Shown here: one piece after another, positions 23,001 through 32,820 of the stretch
Layout of the letters: every line of letters begins with the position of its first letter
Position numbering within the stretch: the first letter of the stretch is position 1
Assembly (NCBI GenBank): GCA_032718475.1
Contig: JAUCBJ010005654.1
Span: 1-57,640, forward strand
Direction: 5' to 3'
DNA length: 57,640 nucleotides
Source: Nemertoderma westbladi
Taxonomy: Eukaryota > Animalia > Xenacoelomorpha
Position numbers and translations under genes: made by a program
Notes under the pieces: model-generated
Told to the model about the DNA's origin: nothing
Database searches by the model: none
Seen by the model: only the letters and a program-made list of their open reading frames with translations

Positions 23001-24985
23001 CCGACGACGGTGAAAGCCAAACTTCTCAAGGAGAGGACAGCGGGAAAGACACTGACAGATCTTATTATGTCAATAAAATGCCTAAAGATCAGGTAAGTAA
23101 ATCCGAGTCTCAACCCAATGACAGAAGGGAACCGGTACAAAAAACCCTTCCTACGTCTCCTAAAAGAATTCAGGTGAGAAAGCCCGAGGAAAGAACAAGT
23201 GTGCACCACATAGCACATGTTAAAGTAAGTAACATCAAGCCCAAATGTGTGCTGTGCGACGGGCCCCACCGTTTAAATGCGTGTGATAAATTCCTGAGGA
23301 AATCACTAAAGGATAGACGTGAAGTCATGTGGGATAAGCGGTTGTGTTATAATTGCCTCAGACGAGGACACCAACGGCGAACCTGTAACTCCGACGCAAG
23401 GTGTGCAAAGTGCGGCGCAAAACATCATATCTTGTTGCACACGGAATTCGAACGAAACAGCCCGAGTCAGGTAAGTGAGTCCGAACTACATGTCCAATTC
23501 AGTGATGTGAACGACACTGATCAATCTGAGATGGAAGGATTCTATACGGACGAGTTCTCCGACCAAAACGAATCCTGTTACCTAATAAACACCACCGCAG
23601 TGTATCGAGCACTCGTACATGAGAAAGACACAGACAGCGACCTTACCTTAACTACTTCCGATCAACAACCATCTTGGAAAGCGCCAACTTCCAATCTAGG
23701 AATCCGAGAATTTCCTGTAGTCCAGTTACGGGTCCACGGACCTCAGAAGAGCTATATAGTGAACGCCCTCCTGGACTCCGGTAGCACAGGAACATTCATC
23801 GATAAAGAACTAGCCGAAGTCATCTTTGCTGGACAACCCAAGTTCCGAACCAAGCTAAACATGTCAGGGATCATGCAGGTTTGGAATTCTACTGTAGCTG
23901 CCGACTATTATATAGGTGAGTTGTCCACCCCCCAGGACGAACTAGGAGAACATAGCATCAGGTCAGTGAAAATGGTGGCTATAAAGAACTTCGCTACTAC
24001 TCAAGCAGACCTTTATAATTGGGACGAGGATGAGAGCATCCAACATCTTAACATACCTCGATTCCAGACTGATTATCCTGGAGTGCAAATACTCATCGGC
24101 CAAAACGCGCATGAGGCGCTGGAGACATTAGAGAAACGACCTGCTCAACCGCAGCCACTACAGACCTATGCGGTAAGAACTAGAGTAGGTTGGTACCTTA
24201 CTGGACCTTCCCGTAGAACGCTCAGGGAAAGACTGCTTCAAGATCGCGTCTGCCAGGTGAGTGAATGGGAAGATGATACTAGTGAGGGAGATGACCCAAC
24301 TGAGGGAACACCACACTCCTCAGATAATGACAATCTTAGCTCCAATGTAGATCAATGGAGATATTGCCCCAAGAAGTTTAATCCAACAGACATCGCTTCC
24401 AGAGGAGCAACTCCTCAAGAACTGACAGATACTATAGACCGGTTAGGTGAACCCGACTTCCTGAGTAAGGAGAATGAATGGCCTCCCCATCTTACTCCGA
24501 CTGAGATTAGACCAGCCAAGGGAGCGGAGAAAGTCGAACCTGAAACCCGGACGGGTGGATCGGAGTTATTTGAACCCGGGATAGATCTGTCGGTATTACA
24601 TGTTGCCAGGGACGACGCCGTGGATCTGGGCCTCCCCTCCGCGAGTGGATCCTTCATGAAGATCAGAGAGAGCGATTGGAGCTCTGGAACATCAGACGTC
24701 TCGCAGGGACTCTCACCTCTCCTGCAGAGAGCGACGGACCACTATAGCTCCTGGAATCGGCTTTGTGACGCCGTCATATACTTTGAGCGATGTTTCTATC
24801 GTCACTATTCCAGGACGAAGAGGAAACCTGAAATTGTATTCAGGATGCAGCGACTCAATCACCCAGTCGGTCGTTTGTGTTTATCGGAAGGGAATGGAGG
24901 ACTCTCCGGAAACTGTGGAAGGCAAGATTCTCTTCCCACGACCACCTCCCTAATCCTTCAAACATCTAGGGACTCCATAACTTAA
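20057..24985 (+). CDS. BEL/Pao Gag-protease polyprotein (1642 aa) with RNase H tail remnant; RT and integrase absent
   Basis: DUF1759-like capsid (KFNGDEMKWLPF..LSNGEKLRYL..L.G); knuckles CVLCDGPHRLNAC, CYNCLRRGHQRRTC, CAKCGAKHHILLH; protease ALLDSGST; RTRVGWYLTGP; then WRYCPKKFNPTDIASRG..PDFL...EWP and YSSWNRL; no YxDD or integrase motifs seen. Confidence 0.93.
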   Translation: MSDTKQNLSDSLLDVTICDSDREVQQSGRKSSSPPTVRKVIPPVVITEPRLVQHRRSIIGTRAQVKRDQKAAEQQQPTSQELIPQRPSSSSSEDTVELTPESGAEMTDAVYTDPLLILPAAVLAGLLIAVEEHQIDWARSQRSTRDSYAGYTSEELKSIVESQWNFPGPGLPFDLSEAAWEDIHRMGVAKETIDPAVWKRSAAGYAQGFFSSMERVERQLLQQSQGPQEQGSLLYQVRERVLRIRLILSAFEEASKRKQDTSLQVAVKTWFQRVNLQVRGTAQWKAQLEERSTHGESTDATFSQVESEATAEKPHKRDAIDIYLSDYQRFVGDEELRRRLDGLSPNSEGAQRVLDAIDVDRLAANQAKFDEQLRIARDREEQVKKKRIEDRKKAAVVAAEAERKAAAAKAKAAEAVAEAAAEAKAAEAVAEAAAEAKVAEAERKAADETTQLELENIQENQDCINKQLAASNMQMMNRSTPKRQGYTSSEEGDTTDTEGGRNRSRLSRRKRTFHRQKLPDLPPAVRRQLNNTNLGSTEPTDQIIKIERLPTIVDEPEIIRPVLEITPSVIDIPVLPETTSKFPLYSTKLPVPRRTAPDTVQVLDPERIIHNLSPVVPRPPATTLATPASAVEWVDERRRGMDILLGQMQETVQQFKGTVRESRLELQEVQQSIALERDKLVNTQRGIPPPSVTMCQPVRSEVSHAQGVEPTRIYTASEVETPIVNPIKGNYRPVDNDIPYRTDHNPRNLYTDNSILNNTMAQESFTRQMARTEARQAVKVGEIVKFNGDEMKWLPFNEYYKDNIQNSVLSNGEKLRYLIECLEGSPKLMALRFIGHPDGLRQVWDTLNIRYGNRNNIAGYLYAKLVAPRKFISSGIIEFSDEIQEICRQLDWLGKSHEYQSAMVIRAVASTLPKGGVGTRWDKKVLYMMEQQRRDPTMADLMSFLDGEVKLQLLRQSREKTLENKVSEKPVSRRRVTPVCYTDDGESQTSQGEDSGKDTDRSYYVNKMPKDQVSKSESQPNDRREPVQKTLPTSPKRIQVRKPEERTSVHHIAHVKVSNIKPKCVLCDGPHRLNACDKFLRKSLKDRREVMWDKRLCYNCLRRGHQRRTCNSDARCAKCGAKHHILLHTEFERNSPSQVSESELHVQFSDVNDTDQSEMEGFYTDEFSDQNESCYLINTTAVYRALVHEKDTDSDLTLTTSDQQPSWKAPTSNLGIREFPVVQLRVHGPQKSYIVNALLDSGSTGTFIDKELAEVIFAGQPKFRTKLNMSGIMQVWNSTVAADYYIGELSTPQDELGEHSIRSVKMVAIKNFATTQADLYNWDEDESIQHLNIPRFQTDYPGVQILIGQNAHEALETLEKRPAQPQPLQTYAVRTRVGWYLTGPSRRTLRERLLQDRVCQVSEWEDDTSEGDDPTEGTPHSSDNDNLSSNVDQWRYCPKKFNPTDIASRGATPQELTDTIDRLGEPDFLSKENEWPPHLTPTEIRPAKGAEKVEPETRTGGSELFEPGIDLSVLHVARDDAVDLGLPSASGSFMKIRESDWSSGTSDVSQGLSPLLQRATDHYSSWNRLCDAVIYFERCFYRHYSRTKRKPEIVFRMQRLNHPVGRLCLSEGNGGLSGNCGRQDSLPTTTSLILQTSRDSIT

Positions 24986-25535
24986 CAACATATGGAGTGG
25001 GTGTGTGACTCGATTATTTTATATTATTTTATTATTTTTATATTTACGTATGTATTACTATGTAATTTTATTATAATCGTTTTCTTTAATTTTATTCAGT
25101 AGAATGTTATTTTAGCGATTATTTAGTAGATTAGTGCAATATATATTCGCGTTTATTACTTAATTACGTATATATTATATTTAATGCGACGGCAAGAAAT
25201 AATTCTTTTCTTCTTTCCTTACTGTCCGTATCATATTATAAATACGTGACTACAGTAAGATGAAATGTCCGTACTTATTAAAGTACAATAAAGCCACTAC
25301 TATATTTAAGTATTATTGGTAGGCAGAGTATTAGGAATGCAAAGTTCAGATCCTCGTGTCTCGGCTAAACCAAGCTCTGGGTAGACCTTGGAAACGACTT
25401 GCCTCTTCACACTGACATTGCTTCGTGCGATATTGCTCTCATACCGTATATTAAATAATACATATAGTAGCGTGATGTCCCTTTAACAGTAGCGTATAAC
25501 GCAAAATAAATCTGTTAAACCCTTTGACCATCTGT

Positions 25536-25812
25536 AATTCTAGTCGATTAAGATATCGTGGCACCCACCGATATACTTGAAAGACAAATTATAGAATCAG
25601 TGGTTAACGTCCCCAGACAAGTTCTGGAATAAATCGGTGCCCATCTCAAATATTAATTATTTAATATTTGCAAATCTAATAAGTCAAAATCTGTAAAATT
25701 CAGATCCTTCAACAATTCTAGTCAATTAAGATATCGTAGCATTTACCGATATTCTTAAAAAGACAATTGTCATAGAATTAAGGATCTTGTGTCCCCAGAC
25801 ATGTTCTGGAAT
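25536..25812. repeat. Diverged direct repeat (~95 bp, period ~179) in the 3' internal region of the LTR element
   Basis: aattctagtc.attaagatatcgt.gca..ccgatat..gtccccagaca.gttctggaat occurs twice. Confidence 0.8.
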
Positions 25813-26134
25813 CCAAATATGTCCATTTAATTATCAAATAATAAAATTTCAGGGAATCAATTTAAATTCATGCCTTTTAATGAATTTAATAAATTGCCAT
25901 TTTACGCAATTTATAAAGTTCCCAAAATTCCATTAATTAATAAATCAAGGGAGCGGAGATTTATCTTATCATGCGTATGAGTGTGTGAAAGTCTCCCAAA
26001 CATAGTCAATAGCCGATAAAATTCATAAAGTCATGTATAAAACAGAACATTGACTATTAAAGAATACTATTAAATAACATCCCAGATCTGTATGCATTGG
26101 AACTACCCTAATTCTACCGCTAGCTTTGCATAAT

Positions 26135-26148
26135 GTCACCATAGCAAC
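26135..26148. promoter_or_regulatory. RFX X-box consensus match GTCACCATAGCAAC
   Basis: Exact fit to GTNRCC-NN-RGYAAC, ~470 bp upstream of the 26613 ORF; function unproven. Confidence 0.35.
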
Positions 26149-26612
26149 AACCACGCTAGAATTAGAATTGAGTTAAAAGAACAATAGAAAGCCTGTCCCA
26201 TTGAATAGCATAGAGAATAAATAGCGCACTACTAGTATCCAAGGATACATAATAATACAGTGACATTCTGGAAGGCATTGACTAACGGACAAATGGCCCG
26301 AATGTGTGTAATTTGTGACAAGTTGTGTGTGTGGTATTTGTGAGTTTATAGGTGAATGTTACTGCTAAGGTGTGTTTACAGTAGCCAGTCGCAATCGTAA
26401 AAGTAACCTAACTCCAAGGAAAACCTGAAGTACATCTAAGACTTTGGGACGGACAGTCGAGTGACTTGTGTCGGTTGTCGTTGTCGTTGTGCGGCTACGT
26501 CGTTGGCGAAAGTACAGCGGCGACGACACATCGGCGCTGAGGATCTCGTACTGTCCGGGGGTTAATTGGAGTAGGCAGCGACGCTCGCTCGCCTAAATAT
26601 AAACTCCTTATA

Positions 26613-27110
26613 ATGTGGATAAACTCATATATAGCAGACATGACGGAGTTGATAGAAGATGGTCTTGGTATCGGGGAGCGATATACTCTACTTTTACAAG
26701 CGTTTGTTGATAGCTTAATACGCGGCGACGTTAGTCCAACTGCTGCAGAGGACGATGGTCGTTATATCGAACCGACAATGTCCCAAGTGCAGCTCTCGCG
26801 CGAGTTGGACTATAGAAAATTCGCTGCTCGATATACGCAGCGTAATGGTACGTATATGGTCTTCTTAACTACTGGTCATCCTATCGATTTACACGATACG
26901 GACAATGTCGACACCAAAAGGGAAATGGTACGATTGAAATATCCTACCCAGCGGAGGCGGAACGATAAACCGAGAATGGAACACGAGAATTCTATTCGAA
27001 ACAGACTCGAAAGAGAAGACGTTGAGGAGCCGGATAAACGCAGCGACTTCAACGATTATCTGGAATTCCTGATAGAAACATATCTCAATATTGCCAGTCA
27101 ACAAATCTAG
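26613..27110 (+). CDS. Hypothetical 165-aa accessory protein in the env position of the LTR element
   Basis: Open frame with protein-like composition in a CpG-richer block; followed by shorter ORFs 27146-27334, 27210-27515 and 27950-28156; no recognisable domain. Confidence 0.45.
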   Translation: MWINSYIADMTELIEDGLGIGERYTLLLQAFVDSLIRGDVSPTAAEDDGRYIEPTMSQVQLSRELDYRKFAARYTQRNGTYMVFLTTGHPIDLHDTDNVDTKREMVRLKYPTQRRRNDKPRMEHENSIRNRLEREDVEEPDKRSDFNDYLEFLIETYLNIASQQI

Positions 27111-28224
27111 AAACTCGATATCCTCAAGGTATACATCATGACCGCATGGTAGAACTCAAACGGCTCGATTCCCCTATGATGTATCTTACCACCGATCGAC
27201 CGCTACCTGTTGTACCGAATAGCTTCGAACGGATGGAGGAATATTGTAAGCTGGAGAAAGATCACTCGCGTTTCCCCTACAAGACGTACGTTTTTGGGTA
27301 TTATTACGGTAAATGCCCTAGACCCAGCCAATAAACGGAAAGACATAAACATCCACGGAAACGTTGTGTTAAACACAGTGGTGTTCGTTATATTTACTGG
27401 AGTTTCGAGCGAAACTTGTTTGACGTATCACCTATGCTCACTCGGCTCTAACGATCCTAGAGTAAACCTACGATCAGAGTCCCGTAATACTCGGTCAAAC
27501 CTCATCATTCCTTAGTTGGACCTCAGACCTGCGATCCTGGTGGTGTCGCGGATCCTCGCGGACGGTATTCACTGTTCAAGATCTAGTGCTACCCTAACAA
27601 TTAATCGGTAACACTCCGACAGTGATTTCTAGCTAGCCGCCCATCTTACCTAGCCGGATTATGACGCAGACACCTAATATCACTATCCAACCGTATGGTC
27701 GTCCCGTTTAACGCAATACAACCCTTCATCAAGGTGAAGGAGAGCGTTGTACGACACGAGTTAAACGCTATTCTATAAAGATCAACAAAGAAACCTGCGT
27801 TTGTTCAGATAAACGTAAGTTATAACAGTAAGTCCAATCGATAAACGAATTGGCCTTATCTCAGTTCGATTGGGAAACCTCGAATCTCAAAGAAGATATC
27901 AAGCTTAGAAAACCCTATTCTCTGCGAGAGTTTTGGACGAACGTATCCCATGACAAGCGGAGGAAAATCAGCTCGAGGAGAAGCATATCGAAATGGACGA
28001 GACACCGACCGTAAACCCAAACCTTTTAAGGCAATCATATTGCACCCTTCACCCAGGAGTTATGGCCCTCCTAGTAAAGTGGCTTCCCCCAAAGAGAAAA
28101 AGACTCTTGCTAGCCTTAAGAAACTGCGTAAACGCCGTCCGCGCAAGAAAGACTAACTGTTTAGAGTATTTTTATATTTTAGAAACTGTGATTTTGTATA
28201 TTTTATAGACTTAAATCCCATTTT

Positions 28225-28234
28225 CTGGGAGTGG
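28225..28234 (+). other. Polypurine tract (ctgggagtgg)
   Basis: Purine-rich run immediately before the 3' LTR TGT. Confidence 0.7.
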
Positions 28235-29449
28235 TGTAAAAGCTTTTGTGGGATAACTGATTCGTTTGCCTTGTTGGCCAGTTCCCCCCCAGTCGCTAAG
28301 AATACTCTCAAAGTGATCCATAACTAAAAATAGTGCAAGTTACCAGCTTATTGGCTGATTTGCTGTACGCAGGCATCTGGGCTCTGTTTAATCGGCCAAC
28401 AAGCCTAGGGAGGTTGCGTCATAGCCTTGTTTTGTATCTCCCAATAGAATTTGAGTTATCCTTGATTTTGACCTATCACAGAGTACTGAACTGAAAATTT
28501 CCTATCTCACTGCTCTTTCTCTGTGTTGAACGGGAGCTTCGTGGAATAAGGGAGTTGGTATCCTCGTATAGAGCAGTAGTCACCGAGTTTTTCAAAGCCA
28601 CGAAAGAACGGCTTTTTAGTGTTTTGTGCTTTCTGCTTTTTAGCTCAACACTAGTAGGTTTAATTACAAGGACATATATCCTTTAGCTGACGAAACAAAC
28701 ACTCTGCAATTTCGTAATCACTGCATACTGCAGTACTGCATACACTGCATACTGTGTAATACTGTGCATACTTTTATATTGTTATACTGCTATTTACTGT
28801 CAGTTCTTCATAATATGGTTGATGAATTATTATATTTGGAATAACGAGAAATAACCCCGAAACCCAATATTCTTGATATACCGAAGGTAAGAGAGAAAGG
28901 TTACAGATAAACGATTGTGACTTATGTTAAAGTGGTTTGAAGTGAATCTAATGTTATTTGATAGACCCTACATGAGTCAGTCTGTGTTCCTTTTATATGT
29001 GACTAAAATCAGTGAAGATCGGCAGATTAGTGTGCAGTATTGTGCAGCATTGTGTATGAGTGAGTCTGTTAAAGAAGCATTCCTAAAGAATGCGCCATAT
29101 ATGTGAATTATAATTAAGCCATATCGTTGTGAGTAGTTTAAGTCATAACTCTGTTTATGTAGATAAAGCGCCACGTCCTAAAGGAACTGTTAATATTCCC
29201 GAAGGTAAATAATATTGTCAGAGATTATATAATACTGTCAGTCGAATAATACATTAGGCTTACATAGCAACAAAATTAAACCGTCGAACCCAATCTCCCG
29301 GGAATATCCAGCGGGTGAATGGTCGCGCACGGATTGGTTTCGACTAGTGTAGTGAATCAAATACTTGTCATAGGCTAAAAAGCGATTTAATATCTAGAAG
29401 ACATCTTAATTTGGCGGGTTAAACTGCCAAAGGTCTGAAAGCGCGAACA
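28235..29449 (+). repeat. 3' LTR
   Basis: Direct repeat of 16654-17867, followed by TSD ATACG. Confidence 0.96.
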
Positions 29450-29964
29450 ATACGCCTCTAAACAAGCGACGACCTTTGATTTGATGACTGCATCACTGTC
29501 GTGTTTTTCGAAAGACAGCACAGAATGTTTTATTGTGGAGTCTTTTCTTAGAGTCCGTAGTTCTCCAGGATTGAACTCTCGAATTACGATCAACGGCTTA
29601 CTGTAGCTTATAATTTGAGGCCGACCCCTCGGCGATCTAAGACTCCTAATGACATTCCGATTCTGACTACGAACTGTAGGAATACTAGTACACGCTATGC
29701 CAATAGATCGGCCGCTCATACCTGACAAGGTTTGAAAGGGTCTATTTGCCGCTGGAGAATAAGGAGCAAATGCATTCTGAAGCTCACGCAACAACCCTCG
29801 CCTATTGATTGATGGCTCCGCTTCCACTGTCACAGAATCTCTCAGGTTGGTGTTGATGTTGGTGGTTGTTTGTCCACAAGAAGAACAATATCTATCCTGC
29901 GGCTTAAGGACACTCCACATTCACAAATGAAGGTTTGGGTTGATTCACCTCGTTCTCTTTCCAT
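29450..29964 (-). pseudogene. HECT E3 ligase gene, segment 1 (N-terminal zinc ribbon and start of a possible ubiquitin-like fold)
   Basis: ORF from 29920 reads ..VACLEAY and continues in frame as PACNANFKFVKV..IYVQIPTMENR after the LTR element is removed; ATG at 29964 with a 1-nt frameshift would give FICECG(S)VLKPQDRYCSSCG. Confidence 0.8.
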
Positions 29965-30420
29965 TTCATCAAGACTGTAGATTATGAGTAGGCCTACCAG
30001 GTTATTGCAGTTTGCAGTAGTATTTCTATTATTATTAATTCCAGTATAGTTTATTTTGAGTCTAACTACCGGTTTCTGTTACTTTCAGTAGGCCTCCTAC
30101 CTTAAGTTCAGTAATCCTATTAGGGTACAGTTTTATTAAGGTTGATCTGAACAAACCAAGCAATACCAACTACCAGTATGTAAGACAGACAAAAATAGGA
30201 CGTTCATTCGTTCACTCACGGGGATCAGTTCTTATAACAACCGGACCACATCGGTACTCTACCTAGCCAGCACTGCAGTGTTGCAGTTGTCTTAAGTGTG
30301 AGTGTCGTTATTATATGCATTTTGGGGTTTAAACAAAATAAACATTTATATTTAAATGTCCCTCGAGAAGAATTATATTCTAGAATAATGGCAAAATAAC
30401 CAATAGAATACCAAGTAAAA

Positions 30421-30717
30421 AATATTTTATTACGCGTAAAAAAATCATTTATTACGCGTAAAAAAATCATTTATTACGCGTAAAAAAATCATTTATTACG
30501 CGTAAAAAAATCATTTATTACGCGTAAAAAAATAATTTATTACGCGTAAAAAAATAATTTATTACGCGTAAAAAAACAATTTATTACGCATAAAAAAATC
30601 GTTTATTTACACGTAAAAAAATATTTTTTTACACGTAAAAAATCATTTATTATGTGTAAAAAATTGCTTTTTTGAGGTGAAAATATTAACGAATAAAAAC
30701 ACCAAATGTATGCCATA
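30421..30717 (-). repeat. Right TIR with subterminal 21-22-bp ACGCGT repeats
   Basis: Reverse complement of the left TIR; fewer repeat units. Confidence 0.92.
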
Positions 30718-31270
30718 CAGGTGCAGTACAGCTCAGTGCAGTACCAGTAATTTTTGGTTCCCTAGCTTCTGGGCTTTATTGTTTATTGTTTAAGAACAAT
30801 TCCCACACAAAGCATGCAGCACAGTGGTAATATACTGAAAAATATAATAATGTATGTATATTATGTAAATACCGGTAGTGTAATTATTGTACTAAACATA
30901 ATAATTCATACTCTGTGTAGATGGTGACTGGACGAGCAAGCCCATCATTACTCAACTCACCATTTACACTCAATAACAAAACATACAATTACTTAAAGGG
31001 TCTACAGTACTAACTTATTCTACACCATACCAAGAAGATGAAACATTGTGCGAAAAATATTATTACGTTATTTTTTTACGGTTTACTGTATAATATCGTA
31101 CAGTAATGAGTAAACGGATATGTTCAAATATATTATATTGCATGCAAATACTACTGTAAAAATCCTAAATACTACTAAAATTAATTGCCGTGCCGTATTA
31201 GTACATAATTCCAAACATACAAATCGACGTATTCTATAGTACTATAGTACTAACTTATTCAAGAACAATA

Positions 31271-31886
31271 CAAGCAGATGATACATATTCTATACAATAT
31301 ACATGCGAAGACTACTGTAAAAATCCTAAATACTACTAATATTAATTGCCGTATTATTAGTACAAAACATACAAATACTTAAATAGTTAAAGGGTCTAAA
31401 GTACTACTTTATTAAACAACAAAACAAGCAGATGATACATATTCTATACAATATACATGCGAAGACTACTGTAAAAATCCTAAATACTACTAATATTAAT
31501 TGCCGTATTATTAGTACAAAACATACAAATACTTAAATAGTTAAAGGGTCTAAAGTACTACTTTATTAAACAACAAAACAAGCAGATGATACATATTCTA
31601 TACAATATACATGCGAAGACTACTGTAAAAATCCTAAATACTACTAATATTAATTGCCGTATTATTAGTACAAAACATACAAATACTTAAATAGTTAAAG
31701 GGTCTAAAGTACTACTTTATTAAACAACAAAACAAGCAGATGATACATATTCTATACAATATACATGCGAAGACTACTGTAAAAATCCTAAATACTACTA
31801 ATATTAATTGCCGTATTATTAGTACAAAACATACAAATACTTAAATAGTTAAATGGTCTAAAGTACTACTTATTCAACACAAAATC
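31271..31886. repeat. 154-bp tandem repeat, 4 near-identical copies with diverged flanking copies from ~30980
   Basis: caagcagatgatacat at 31271, 31425, 31579, 31733. Confidence 0.95.
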
Positions 31887-32542
31887 AAATCAAGCAGCTG
31901 ATACATATTACTATGTGAAAAATATTACTTACAGTTAGTACCGTTACGGTTTATAATATATATAATATTGTAGTATTGAGTATCCGGATAAATCCCAAAT
32001 ACTCCTAAGTCCTAATATTAATTGAACAGTTCGAAATTACAACATCAGTAGAAAATAAAGAAAGTAAGATCCCAGAGCACCTTAGATCCGGAACGAACGT
32101 AGATCTTGGACGTGTGGCTAAGTCACACGAATACAGTAGTTCCCAAAAGGCACTTAGGCATTTTCTTTCCAGGCACCTAAATAATTGGAACCAGCGTAAA
32201 TGCCAAAATGCCAGAGTGCTTTTGGGTAATATAATACACTTTGATCCATATTTTAATTAATGTTTCGATCTACAGTACTAAATATGAATAATGTACAGTA
32301 TAGTGAACTATTAATTGTCTGATTTATGTACCGTACTGAATTTTACTCTATAATATATTACATATTTTGATAAAAATTATTGCGTATTTTTATTGCATAT
32401 TTTTTTTTATTTAAATAAATGTTCTGATTGAATTTGCTAATTAAATTTTTTAAAAATTTTATTTACTTATTATGCCATATACGGTACTCCAATGTTTCAA
32501 TGAATGTAATATCTATAAATTAATAATGTACGTAAACATGTA

Positions 32543-32820
32543 ATAATAATAATAATAATAATAATATATATTTATTTATATGGCGCCTTTCTAGGCATAT
32601 TTCAAGGCGCTTTTGAATAAAAATTAACAATACGGTAAAAAACAGTAAAAACATGTTGACATAAAAACATATATACAATGAGTTAAAATGAGTTAAAAAG
32701 GCGCATCATGGTACTCGCGTTGAAATAAAACAGTTTTCAGTTTCGATTTAAAAGTTGTCAATGTAGTGGCTGATCGCACGTCATAAGGTAGTGAGTTCCA
32801 AACACGTGGCCCGGTAACAT
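32543..32820 (-). mobile_element. L2/CR1-group LINE 3' terminal fragment
   Basis: Minus strand VTGPRVWNSLPYDVRSATTLTTFKSKLKTVLF (ORF2 C-terminal motif), 3'UTR and (ATT)n tail. Confidence 0.8.

Larger units (their letters stand above)
16654..29449 (+). mobile_element. BEL/Pao LTR retrotransposon, non-autonomous (Gag-protease only), very recent insertion
   Basis: TGT..ACA LTRs of 1214/1215 bp, 5-bp TSD ATACG (16649-16653, 29450-29454), PPT before the 3' LTR, BEL-type Gag with three Cys/His knuckles. Confidence 0.95.
10661..30717. mobile_element. IS3EU-like DNA transposon, internally deleted (non-autonomous), carrying a HECT ligase gene and two nested insertions
   Basis: Ends TATGGCATACATTTGGTG.. 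/ ..CACCAAATGTATGCCATA are inverted; CAGGTG at 10655-10660 and 30718-30723 (6-bp TSD); TAY..RTA ends with 6-bp TSD match my recollection of IS3EU; integrase-like C-terminal remnant inside. Confidence 0.85.

Noticed and set aside
26500-26560. Hammerhead ribozyme (cgaaa .. ctgagga)
   Set aside because: Core words are present but stems II and III cannot be paired.
32142-32226. Imperfect 23-bp inverted repeat
   Set aside because: Too short and without a clear TSD to call as an element.
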